Positions 1 through 24,860 of a DNA stretch of 64,000 nucleotides are shown here, one piece after another; position 1 is the first letter of the stretch; every line of letters begins with the position of its first letter. Position numbers and translations under genes: made by a program. Source of the stretch: Bugula neritina (taxonomy: Eukaryota; Animalia; Bryozoa); assembly GCA_964035545.1 (NCBI GenBank), contig OZ037765.1, positions 3,596,001 to 3,660,000 on the forward strand, in the 5' to 3' direction. A model generated the notes under the pieces. It saw only the letters and a list, made by a program, of their open reading frames with translations. It had not been told where the DNA came from and ran no database searches.

Positions 1-345
1 ATACACACCTGCTGATACTAGTATATAAAACACACCTGCTGATACTAGTATATAATACACACCTTCAAGCACCTGCCGACACTAGTATATAATACACACC
101 TGCTGACATTAGTATATAATACACACCTGCTGACACTAGTATATAATACACACCTGCAGGCACCTGCTGACACTAGTATATAATACACACCTGCAAGCAC
201 CTGCTGACACTAGTATATAATACACACCTGCAAGCACCTGCTGACACTAGTATATAATACACACCTGCAAGCACCTGCTGACACTAGTATATAATACACA
301 CCTGCAAGCACCTGCTGACACTAGTATATAATACACACCTGCAGC
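1..345. repeat. Minisatellite of 27/37-bp units (ACACCTGC[AAGCACCTGC]TGACACTAGTATATAATAC) starting at a LEMD3 splice donor; truncated by the window edge
   Basis: Periodicity is directly visible. On the minus strand each unit repeats GCAG|GTGTGT, the donor of the exon ending at 339. Confidence 0.9.
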
Positions 346-3300
346 CATCTCCACACAAGGTACTCTTCACCTTGCACCTGCTGTAGCTCCTCTCTCACCC
401 TCGACTCATTCTCCTTCATATGCCTCACCACTCTGGCCCACACACCCCTCATTGCATTCCTACAAATATAGCAGAGTACACATAACAAGTTGAACCTCAA
501 GACAATATAAAAACAAAGTTGCTATTTTGCAGTTTGTGCTACATGAAAGACACGATGGAATAAACTTTCTAAGAAACATGCAAGACAGTGAGCTGATTTT
601 CCACATATCAGCACAACTCTACAGTTAGGTAACTTTGTTAGAATCGACAGATGTTATGCCATGAGAGTTCTACCACTGTTACTAATATAAACTGTGGCAA
701 CAGAGCAGAAAGAAAGTAGAAACAAATAGGAGAAACTTGCAAGTTTACAAATTGCTAGTGCAAATATTTCACCTGTCGGGAGGATTGATCAGAGTGTCGT
801 GTACGTGGCTGATGGCAAGGTAGGGCTTCTCGTCAGGGTTGTCTTTACTGAGGGCCAGCTGACTCTCCAGCATATCTACAGTGTAAGTATATAATAGTAA
901 GTAATTGAGTATATAATATAATAGTAAGTAATTGAGTATATAATATAATAGTAAGTAATTGAGTATATAATATAATAGTAAGTAGTTGAGTATATAATAT
1001 AATAGTAAGTAATTGAGTATATAATATAATAGTAAGTAATTGAGTATATAATATAATAGTAAGTAATTTAGTATATAATATAATAGTAAGTAATTGAGTA
1101 TATAATATAATAGTAAGTAATTGAGTATATAATATAATAGTAAGTAATTGAGTATATAATATAATGGTAAGTGATTGAGTATATAATATAATAGTAAGTA
1201 ATTTAGTATATAATATAATAGTAAGTGATTGAGTATATAATATAATAGTAAGTAATTGAGTATATAATATAATAGTAAGTAATTGAGTATATAATATAAT
1301 AGTAAGTGATTGAGTATATAATATAATAGTAAGTAGTTGAGTATATAATATAATAGTAAGTAATTGAGTATATAATATAATAGTAAGTAATTGAGTATAT
1401 AATATAATAGTAAGTAATTGAGTATATAATATAATAGTAAGTAAGTGAGTATATAATATAATAGTAAGTAATTGAGTATATAATATAATAGTAAGTAATT
1501 GAGTATATAATATAATAGTAAGTAATTGAGTATATAATATAACAGTAAGTAATTTAGTATATAATATAATAGTAAGTAATTGAGTATATAATATAATAGT
1601 AAGTAATTGAGTATATAATATAATAGTAAGTAATTTAGTATATAATATAATAGTAAGTGATTGAGTATATAATATAATAGTAAGTAATTGAGTATATAAT
1701 ATAATAGTAAGTAATTGAGTATATAATATAATAGTAAGTAATGGAGTATATAATATAATAGTAAGTAAGTGAGTATATAATATAATAGTAAGTAATTGAG
1801 TATATAATATAATAGTAAGTAATTGAGTATATAATATAATAGTAAGTAATTGAGTATATAATATAATAGTAAGTAAGTGAGTATATAATATAATAGTAAG
1901 TAATTGAGTATATAATATAATAGTAAGTAATTTAGTATATAATATAATAGTAAGTAATTGAGTATATAATATAATAGTAAGTAATTGAGTATATAATATA
2001 ATAGTAAGTAATTTAGTATATAATATAATAGTAAGTGATTGAGTATATAATATAATAGTAAGTAGTTGAGTATATAATATAATAGTAAGTAATTGAGTAT
2101 ATAATATAATAGTAAGTAATTGAGTATATAATATAATAGTAAGTAATTGAGTATATAATATAATAGTAAGTAATTGAGTGTATAATATAATAGTAAGTAA
2201 TTGAGTATATAATATAATAGTAAGTAATTGAGTATATAATATAACAGTAAGTGATTGAGTATATAATATAATAGTAAGTAATTGAGTATATAATATAATA
2301 GTAAGTAAGTGAGTATATAATATAATAGTAAGTAATTGAGTATATAATATAATAGTAAGTAATTGAGTGTATAATATAATAGTAAGTAATTTAGTATATA
2401 ATATAATAGTAAGTAATTGAGTGTATAATATAATAGTAAGTGATTGAGTATATAATATAACAGTAAGTAATTGAGTATAAAATATAATAGTAAGTAAGTG
2501 AGTATATAATATAATAGTAAGTGATTGAGTATATAATATAATAGTAAGTAATTGAGTATAAAATATAATAGTAAGTAAGTGAGTATATAATATAATAGTA
2601 AGTAATTGAGTATATAATATAATAGTAAGTAATTGAGTATAAAATATAATAGTAAGTAAGTGAGTATATAATATAATAGTACGAAACCAAACGTGCAGCA
2701 CACAGTACTATAGGCTATAAAATCATAGTTTTTATACTCAAAATTACATTTTCTATTCAACTAAATACAAACATATGTCAGCAACTGACCCGCCTTAAAA
2801 GACGTTACAAACAGCACAGAGCAGAAGTAAAGAGAACACAACTCACCAATGGTATTCTCCAACAGATCATAAAACAAGTCATCCACTTCTTTCATTTTCT
2901 GCTTCCTGTATCTACCGTACGTGTACGCCAGATATCCGAGAATCGCCACTACAAACAGGAAACGCATCATACGAATACAAGTAACACCCTGGAGAAGGAC
3001 GGTGTGTGATGTGAACTGAGTGAGAAAGAGCAGCGGACAAAGTAGACATCATATACTGATGCGGACTAAGAGACGGTGACATGCTGACAGGAAGTTACTC
3101 ACATGCAAATGCTGCCACGACCGCCGTGAGGATGCTAGTCATAGCATTCAGTATAACACAACTCAACGGCCTCGCTGTCTCCTCAGACTCCAGGAAGGCA
3201 ACTTCGGCAGCGGATTTCACAGACGTCTGATTGATGGATGCCAGCCTAATGAGAGACACAAGACATGTAAGCAACACGCAGTATTTATATGCTGAATTGT

Positions 3301-6300
3301 TACAAAAACTGCCGCAATATATCTTTCAGTTTACCAAAATATAAAAAAGGTGAATATAAGCAAGTTGAAGATGTAACAGATATAGAAGCCCCAACTTAAG
3401 CAGCGTGCTGACTTTAATATACACAGACTATCCCTTATTTCCAGGTGCACACAAAGAGAGTAAGAGAGAGAGAGTAGGAGATAGTGAGAAGGTGTAACCT
3501 ACTCACCTGACCTTCCACAGGGGGTTCCAGAAGAGTAGCTCTAACACAGGTTTCCACAGATGCTGCACCTTCTACCAACAGATATCAAACTGAGCATTTA
3601 GAGAGAGAGAATACTCTCTTATATAGACTGCTTACCTCCTAGCTTGTTATTATTGTCAAACATTCAACAATAACAACCTGCCAATCAGCATCCAGCTTTG
3701 ATTTAGGAGATCCAATAATCAAAACACAATGACTAGCCACTATTTCTAGTTACCAATAGATAACACTCTGTCCAATAGCTCCATGGCTAACAGTTAAATG
3801 GTGGTTGAAAAATAATTTTGCGGTAAAACTTTATATTTCTAGGAACTTCAACAGATACATTTGTTTTGACACTGAGCAGCTGTGGCCTTGTGGCTAGAGC
3901 ACTGGCATAGGATAACCAAAATGCGCCAAGTTACAGGTTTCGATCCCAGCAAGTCAGAAAGGGCCCCTGTGGTACTTTAAGGCATGCAAAACCATGCTGT
4001 GTGTTTGAAAACCCTAACCGGCAGGAGTTTCTCTGCTAACAGAAACATTGAACAAAAAGAAACCAAATGCATGTATATTGCTAATTTCTATGGCAACAGT
4101 TTAAATACGATTTAGTTTAAATATATTTTACAGCTGCGTACCTTGCCGTGAGCAATGTTCATATCATGCCTGGCAACAGAGACCGCGACTTTTCCCTGTG
4201 TGTACTCCGGCCATTTACACTCGTGTCTACCTAAATTCACAAAATGGCAACACGATATTAACAAAGCCACCGAATTCTGCTTACATAGTTATAAAATTGC
4301 TCCCAATCCATGATTACAAATTTAGGCATAGAAAATGCAGGAAAACACTTAAAAAATCAGTAAAAATTTAATATGACAGTAATTATGTCTGGTGAAATGC
4401 ACATTGATCATATCACTATAAATACCCAGCTACTGAACATACCAAAAGTATTAATACGTATACTAATTTTGCTAATATTCTTAAATGTTGTATAAAGCAG
4501 GCAGGAGGAGTTTAGATCAAGTGTTGGAGTGAGATGTATTGTGACTACATGCTTACACAAAAATTTAAATAACATTGGAGGTTTGCGACAGAGTCTAAGC
4601 TAGCCCAGAGTACAAGTTATGAATTTCTGAATTTATGCTAACTTTAAAAATTACTAAAAACCAAAATATCACATTGACATGAGTTGCTCAACGTGTGATA
4701 TACAAGTGTTGAAAGCGACTTTAAATATAAACGAGATTACTCAAGAGTGAACACGAATTGCCTTCTTTGAAGCCACAAAAAATCCACATACGGATGATTG
4801 TTTTTCGAAACGTTGAAAATCAATTTTAGGATAAAAACTTACCAAAATAAACTAGAAATTGTAATGAGCAGACTTTCTGAAAATCAAAAAGCATTCAATA
4901 CGTTACTGAGAGTACTAGTCATGGAACCTGTCAATCAACAAGTTTACCTACCAGCATGTTCTGCAAGATACACACGGAGGTGGTCAGCAATGACTTTGGC
5001 TGCCCGGATTTCCTCAGCTGAGTAACAGGTTTGACCGTGGGCGGGGTGACAGTCCCCGAGTGGGGCTCCGTCCCCCTTCTCTATCAGCGGCCAGTAGACA
5101 TCCTGGGACTGGAAGACTTGCTCTAAATTAGATCACCAGGCAACAGTCACAGTCCAGCACTTGATGATACTGACATAAACATTAGCGATTTTAATTTTTA
5201 CACAAGTAAAGAAAACTAACCTAACGGAAGAGGTGCTGTCATTCGAAGAAAAGCATAGTAAGACAGAACTGTTAATAAAAACATGGCCAGGCCAATGACA
5301 AGGGCCCGGGAATATACATATGAAGGAGATTTTCCTCGATCTCGTATCATCATATCTACATCTTTAGCGACTTTAGCTGTCTTGGACCTCGGCTCGCTAA
5401 GCACTCGGCCACCATCGGTGTTGAAGCGAGTCGCGTAGTCAGGTCTGGTAGGAGCATCCCCAGCAGAGGCAGTTGAACGAAACCTGTTTATTGGTCGAGG
5501 TGAACCCTCTGTATTGAAAGGAATGAATTTGTTGTCTCGGAGTGGACGTCTAGCATAAACAGATCTTGGAGGTGAGGGAGGCAGCGGTTTTCTGAAGAAA
5601 GTTCCAGATGTTGTAACAGGAGCGGGAGGGACGAAAGACCGCCTGGTTGATGATAAGTTGGGTGATGACAAGCGTGATGGTATCTCAGCAAAGTTAGGAC
5701 TGTTACTAGATATCTGAATATCATCATCAGTGCTATCAGACTGTATACTGCAGGACGGCAGCACAAAGCAATCAGGGTCAGCGTCAGCAACTCCTGGAGT
5801 TGTCACATCTAAAAAAGATGAAGTGTTGACCGCTTGGCTAACCAGTTGTGGTCTGTTTGTGATACTAACAGGAGTGAAGGAATCGCCAGTAGTGACAACA
5901 TGACTAGGTTCAAAATCCATCTGCTCTTCATCCGAATCTGAAAACTGCGTTTCTGTAGGCATAGACACTTCCATTGCAGTAGCATTGTGAACAGAATCAG
6001 CTACCCTACTGCTTTTTAAGAGTTTACATAATTTACGAGCGTGCAACATTTTGTTACTATCAGTAATGGGGTACCTGTCACCAGTGAGTTCATACAATTT
6101 TTCACGAATTTCATCAATGCTCAATAACATTATTTCATCTTCAGTAAATTTAGAAGTATTTACATTGTCGCCAGGTTCATGACCATTCAACCGGTCAGTG
6201 GGAGCGCCACTCGGTTTGTCTTTAAGTTTAGCAGACTGTTTCGTAGTTGCTTTCACTGTGCTTTTTACTGAATTCGTAGAAATGACTTTCCTTTTTGCTT

Positions 6301-6754
6301 TGCTCCGCGAGACATTTGAAGCTGCGCTACCAGAAGTAGAAGTAACCACATCCATTTCGCCGTTATTTTCATCTTGATCTTCATCTGAGCTGAAGCCAAA
6401 AGCTTTGGATTTACTTTTAGGACCAGCAGAACTAACTTTACTTTTAAAACTAGATGTGACTAAAGACTTTGCACGTGAAGCCTTTTCTTTGGACTTAACT
6501 TGAACATCTGCTTCATACTGAGTACCGGTGCCAACGTGAACATCACGCTCATCTTGAAGTTGATCTTGGTGTGAAGAACCACGCTTTGACTGAGAAGTAA
6601 TATTACTATCAGATGATTGCAACTTGTTTTCCTCACGCAACTTTAACAGCTTCTTAATCATTAATGAACGAGTTGCATGTGTAACAGGGCCCACATTTTT
6701 CCCAGTTAACAGCTCAAGTTCTGACCGTATCTGCTCATCTGAAATGTCCGCCAT
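339..6754 (-). CDS. LEMD3: Inner nuclear membrane protein MAN1/LEMD3, 3'-partial (RRM exons expected beyond the left edge)
   Basis: Exons 6754-5221, 5122-4952, 4230-4142, 3571-3507, 3245-3103, 2948-2847, 875-773, 459-339, all GT-AG and phase-consistent. N-terminal LEM domain (MADISDEQIRSELELLTGKNVGPVTHATRSLMIKKL), two TM segments, MSC-domain motifs (PYLAISHVHDTLI; ESRVREELQQVQGEEYLVWRWLQ). Start taken at ATG 6754 because the ORF-track start 6808 is TTG. Confidence 0.9.
885..2680. repeat. 27-bp minisatellite (AGTATATAATATAATAGTAAGTAATTG), about 66 copies, filling most of a LEMD3 intron
   Basis: Highly homogeneous direct periodicity. It ends about 10 nt from the acceptor at 876. Confidence 0.97.
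3874..4060 (+). mobile_element. tRNA-derived SINE (degenerate)
   Basis: A-box-like TGGCCTTGTGG, B-box-like GGTTTCGATCCC, A-rich tail; intronic. Confidence 0.55.
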
Positions 6755-7052
6755 TACTTTTGTTTTCTCGCTCTTTGTTATAGTCCAATTATCTTCTGTA
6801 GCACACAATTCATGTTAATGTATAGCTGATATTCGGAAACTGAAAACAATGAAGGCATAAAAGCCTCTTTTCGAACTGAAATTTTGCGAACAGATAACTC
6901 TGGTTAATAAAAGATTTCTTTCTTGACATTTTTGATGCCGCTTATCTTACTAATAGTTGTCTTCTCTGTTTTAACTTCGTTGCTGTAGTGAAGTTTCGTT
7001 TTGAATCCTAGGGATTGATAATTGCTACGAGGTCAAGGTTATACAAATTAAA
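6755..7052. promoter_or_regulatory. Putative bidirectional promoter shared by LEMD3 and PHF8/KDM7
   Basis: The divergent start codons at 6754 and 7053 are separated by only 298 bp. Confidence 0.6.
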
Positions 7053-19492
<12,440 letters not shown>

Positions 19493-20467
19493 TTACCTGC
19501 ACCAAGTTTCTGGTGGCTAGTTATGAAGGATTTCCAGTTGATGTACCAGTATGGCTCAGCAACAGAAATATTTTGCTCAAAAGTAATATTCTATGTATGC
19601 TTATAGCACAGTTACCTCATTCATACTGGCACGGCACGCATGTCCTCATTTTTGTGGGTTTTAATTAGATAATTTAAAATATACAACACGTAATATATTG
19701 TAATAATCAAAACTAATTGATTTTAATCTTATACTGATCACTGTACTATTTTAATTACTGTATATCCTGTAAAGAGATGTAAATATATGAATTGCATTTT
19801 TATAATACAGCTGTTGCCTCTTGGATATAAAAATACAATATATTTGCATCAAAATAATAAAAAGTCGAAGTATATATTCTATTAATTATAGAATGATTAT
19901 ACCCGCTAAATTTGACCATAGTTTTCACAAGATTATTTTGCTACTTTGATTGTGATATTTTACCATGATAGCAGCTGCCACTAAAATATTTCATTACATG
20001 GAATTAATTAGATATCCATGTATCATGTTTTTCAAGAATTAATTGCAAGCAGTTGAAAACTTTAGATATACAAATGTTGCCTGGTTACAGGAAAGAGAAA
20101 TAATAGCAACAAAAAATTGTACTTTTGATTTTATGAAAGATAAGACAATACTCATCTGAGGAAATGTTATAGAAAAGTTAAAGTATGAGGGAAGGTTAGA
20201 AACCCTAAAGGGGAGGGGAGGTGTAATGCCTTCAAGTTAATGGAATTGAGTGCAGCAATTTGATCTAGGCATTTCTCTCAAATTTGATAGTGCAACATAT
20301 TAGTGGTTAAAAATTCAGAGACTTAAAATAATCGACGTAACAAACAAATATTTTTGTTGAATAAAAAATGCAGCATTTCGAACTGGCTTCTCAAAATTCA
20401 CAATAAAATATTTTCCAAAATATCTGAACCTGCACTTATAACCTGGGGGTCAGCTACACCTGAGTAG

Positions 20468-23400
20468 TTAGGTAAATGTGAGTGACTTGGTTAGGGTGGA
20501 TGTGAAACACGGAGATTGCTTCGAAAGGCTGTGGCCATTACCGTTAGAGTTGGCGCTGTATGTATAAGAGACAATTTGGTTGACTCTGGTCAGTAACTGG
20601 TGTATCTCGTGACTCTTGCCATGTCGTCTCATCACCTTGCAGAACGTCTGTATAAACCAGGATCCCTGTGAATTACTCCTCCAAGCCAAATAACCTGTAT
20701 GTACAAATAAGGCGAAATATTAATTTTACAACTGCACCTTGAGCTTATTGCTGAGAAAAAGTTAGCAGAATTCTACTAGCTTGCTTGCAAAGAGTTCTAC
20801 AATAAATATGCTTCGATTTAAATAAACTTTTACGAAAACAAATCTGGTCAAAATAATTTACACTCCTTCATACTATAGAAAAAACGCATTTAGTTAAAAC
20901 AAATCTAAGTTATAAACCAGTGGTTGAGCTAGTAATCCTTTGCTTACTGTGCAATATACTATATCTATGTTTCTATTGATTAAATTACAAGAATTGACTA
21001 CATAATTTAATCAATAGAAGCAGCTTTATTTAAAAATAATTCTTGTTGGATAATTGTGTTGGATAAATTGAAGCAAGTGGTACATACAGTCTCTGAAACT
21101 AACAGAACTAATGGACGTTGGCAAAAAACAGCAGTTGTGGCCGCTAACAATGGCACACAATAATTATAACCAGAGTCCATAGTTTATAACATGTTAGTGA
21201 AATCGATACAATACAATTGATACTTTAAAAGATGTCTTAGTTCACTATTGGTACAGATGATTACCAACAATTTAAAAGCCAATTTCTCTGTAATTTGAGA
21301 TATTACATGGTAAACAATTAATTAACATTTAGTTTTACTTTGCAATTTCATAAGCCCACACCTATATTTAAACTGAAATAAATATTGCTTTAATGTTACA
21401 AAACTATGCAGATCTAGTTTTTTGTATTGAAAAAGTTGAATTAAACAAATATGTTAGCCACATTGTGCATATTTATGTTGCGGCAACATTGTCGAGCAGC
21501 ATTAAAGAACTGGTTCACTTGCATTTGGTTTGTAGGAAGCAAACCTCCTACAAATAGATACAAATCTACCTTCAACAGTAGAGTAGGCAGTTAAAATGTC
21601 AGATTCTTTAGCAATGTAGTATTGTTTCTTCATGTTGTAGCTGGTGGGCACGGGTGCATCACACGACACTTTATGACCCACATCTGTGTCTTTTCCTCGG
21701 CAAGCCTAAACCATAAATTTGCAGGTTTTACAGCTACATTTCATTCGTTAAAAATATATTTTTTTAAATGCTGGTTTAAAAACTTTCCCCAGATAAAACT
21801 CATATATGTGCATCCGAACAAAAGTACAACTTTCTTTAATGAAATTGGCGAGATAGAAGCGAAAAACATGAGGTTTTATACCTGAATAACAAAAATTTTT
21901 GGTTTTCCAGCCAAACCGCTTGACTCTCTAAAAGGAGCAAATAATTTACTGGAAGGCATGACCCGGTCTGTTCCATAGATTCCATCAGAATCGCCATGTG
22001 ATAAAATTGCTACCATTACGCCGTCCATACTTTTCAGATCAGTTCGACTGGCAACTGAAATCAATAGCAACTGGGAGAATAAAAATAAGCAAGATAATGA
22101 GAGCCTATGTTTAGTGATAAACCGCGTATTATAACTTATACAACTATACCCAGGATATACATAAGATACATGGAGATGTACACAAAGGGGCAGATGATGA
22201 GTCACTGCAACTAATGTAGTCCAATTTCCAATGTAATCAATAAGTGAAGGCATGTTTCACTACAATTATTCCAATATTTTATTATCCCGATTCTAATAAA
22301 TGTTACGGGTTTCCCGATTAGATTATCAACACTTGGTGAGACATCAAACCTGTAGATAGAAAACCGCACATATGTTCAGCAGTTAAATCTCTTTCTATAA
22401 TAACTTCTTCAAATCCCAAATAAGTGAATGTCTGCTTAAGAGCTTCTTCGTCTTTTCTAGACCCAGTTCTGTCAGGTAGCCGTAAGCCAGAATCAAATTT
22501 TTCATTGTTTATTATTATGGCCACACCTCTTCGACTGTAATATAAAGCAGATCACCAATAATTATTCCATGAAGTGCAAAATAACTTTACAAAACATACT
22601 TATACACCCTCTATCACAGATAATTTACAGATCTACCCAGTTTACAGCTCTAGGTAACAGCGAGGTATTGTAGAATACGCAAGAGATTCTAAAAAGATTG
22701 GCAGACTACCTATGAATATGTCCGGTACTCTAAACTATAAGCATTATACAAAAAATTGTCTCTTTGAATTTCTAGACCTGAAAAAAATCGAAAGACCATG
22801 AGTTTCCTTTTTGAATAGGAAAGATTATTGCAGGGTATGAGGGGGTGGGGGAGAGATTGTGGAATAATAACAGTGCCCCCCCCCCACCCGCAATCTACTT
22901 TTTACGGTCTGGAAACATAGACAGTTCATAGAATACAAGTAAAGAAGATTCAATGCGTATATGATGAGGCACTTGAAAAAAATCATAAAAATAATACATA
23001 ATGATAAGCTTCTAGATGAAAAAATATTTAGAAGAACTGGCCCAGAGCGAATAAAGATAGTGAATATAACCTGAAATGTACTGGATATATAGATTAAATA
23101 GATGCAGGTAGAATATTTAGGCAGCTTCTGATTTCGGGAATAATGAATAGGAGACACCAATATCTTAGATTGAAAGATGAAGTAGAGAGATGTTAGACCA
23201 GATGGCTGCAGCTTGAGACCCACCATGTTTTGAAAATTGCAACACACAAGAACTGCACTATTAAAGCACAGTGGTGAAATCATTCAGTGTAATCTTGTTC
23301 AAATGAACCATTACTTCAAAGTATTCAACAGAAAAATACACTTTCATTTGTTTTTAGATTTTTTTTAGTAAACACCAACATTATTATAAAACAAGGAATT

Positions 23401-23782
23401 GTAGTAAAAAATACAGGTCAATTTTCATAACACTAAAATTCCTCTAAAACATCAAACGTACTTCAACATATTATACGTATAGTCATAGTGATAATATTTA
23501 GGTTATTGTATCAATATTACGAACTTTACAATTAAATCCATAATAATTATAGTCATAGCCAATTTAAAGCAACGAGCACAACTGCACAAACACAAGTTAC
23601 CTGTTAGCCATATCATAAGCAAAATCTTTCTCTAAAAGGTCTTCATAATTATCTAGAAATGGTTGAACATGAGTGATGGGCGTAGGGGAGCTGGAGGGGT
23701 AATATATCTCGGCATCAGATTCAATGCGATCTTCTAATCCACCACTTGTATCCATTTCAGAGGCTGGCGTCATGGTTGCCAT
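20468..23782 (-). CDS. Effector-type caspase (caspase-3/7-like), paralog C, about 300 aa, predicted active
   Basis: Exons 23782-23601, 22534-22350, 22054-21882, 21705-21570, 20694-20468. Motifs RGVAIIINN, RTGSRKD, LSHG, KPKIFVIQ|ACRG, linker VSCD/A, AWR..GSWFIQ, STLTK. Confidence 0.92.
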
Positions 23783-24208
23783 TTCGAATATGTGTTGAAT
23801 GTTCCTTGACTAGGTACTTTCACTTTGACAGACTTTTACAGATACACGAAAGTGGGGGTTGGGACTCTCTAAAACCTGAATGTCTTAGGCTTATAGTGAT
23901 ACTAATAGCTATTGTATATTAATTTTGAAATAATTACCATAAATAAATACAATTCTAAATGGTTATAAAGTGATAAACAGATAATCATAGAACTATGCTT
24001 ATGCAGTTGACTTTGAGTTACACTATAAATTATAGCTTATAATTAATACATGATAGTGATTGTAATTGTTGCAATTTTGCAGCTGTAGATTCAATATTCA
24101 ATGTTTATAGTTAATTTATATTTCAACTTTTTTATAATAATATTCATAAACGAAAACTTGAAGTGATTATAATAATCATTTTACGACATTGATGCATAAT
24201 ATAAATAT

Positions 24209-24788
24209 TGTAATGGATTTTAACGCTCTAGTAATTATATCGCGTCACTATTATAATGGACTTAGCGTAACTTTGTAAATACTGTAAATGCTGTAATTAT
24301 AGCTAAGCTCCTTGCGTAGCTTTCTAATGCCTCAAATATTGTAATTATAACTAAGCTTAGTGTAGTAAATAGCGTAATGATTGTGAATTGCCCTTCCTAT
24401 TATTTTTGTTGTTTACTGTAATAGTTTTTGTGAGTTGTATTCCCTCGCACTCGTTTTCTTTTTATTATATGTAAGCCGAGACTCGTGCGAAGTCGGAGAC
24501 CGAAGACACGATGTCGGAGGGACCTGCCCGAGATCGGGCAGTACTCCCTCCGATGTCGGTCGGCGGAACCCCGACGTTCGCACGAGTTTCGGCCCCTCAT
24601 TAGTGGCGGGAATTCCCCCCTATATAAGTGCGAAGCTTTTCAAAGTTAATTCATTCTTGTACTGGAGCTCGAAGCAGTCAGAAGAAATAAATACTCATAG
24701 ATTCATTTTAATCAAGACTCTTTATTTCTCTCACAATAACTGGCATGCAGACTACTAGTCTATTCTTATAATCCACAAAATCACAACA
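24209..24788 (+). repeat. 5' LTR
   Basis: TGTAATGG...CACAACA; TATATAA 24621-24627; AATAAA 24686-24691. Confidence 0.97.
24608..24627 (+). promoter_or_regulatory. Palindromic NF-kB consensus site GGGAATTCCC plus TATA box in the LTR (copy at 30962-30981)
   Basis: Exact match to GGGRNWYYCC, 3 bp upstream of TATATAA. Function untested. Confidence 0.5.
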
Positions 24789-24789
24789 T

Positions 24790-24807
24790 TGGTGGCAGCA
24801 GTGGGAT
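24790..24807 (+). other. Primer-binding site, probably tRNA-Leu
   Basis: TGGTGGCAGCAGTGGGAT lies 1 nt after the LTR. It is complementary, with about one mismatch, to the 3' end of eukaryotic tRNA-Leu(AAG/TAG) as recalled (..ATCCCACCGCTGCCACCA). Confidence 0.8.
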
Positions 24808-24860
24808 TAGAATAGACTAGTACGACAAGCAGCCATTAGAGAGAAAGAAAGAACAGCACA

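Noticed and set aside
1-345. CRISPR-like look of the short repeat arrays (also 12059-12541)
   Set aside because: No unique spacers, no cas genes, eukaryotic intronic context.
769-2760. 663-aa and 618-aa ORFs of YYILNYLLL / TIILYTQLL repeats
   Set aside because: By-product of a 27-bp minisatellite inside a well-defined LEMD3 intron. Only 875-773 is a real exon.
24400-24758. Duplicated 107-aa and 66-aa ORFs (also 30754-31112)
   Set aside because: Identical only because they lie in the LTRs; no recognisable domain.
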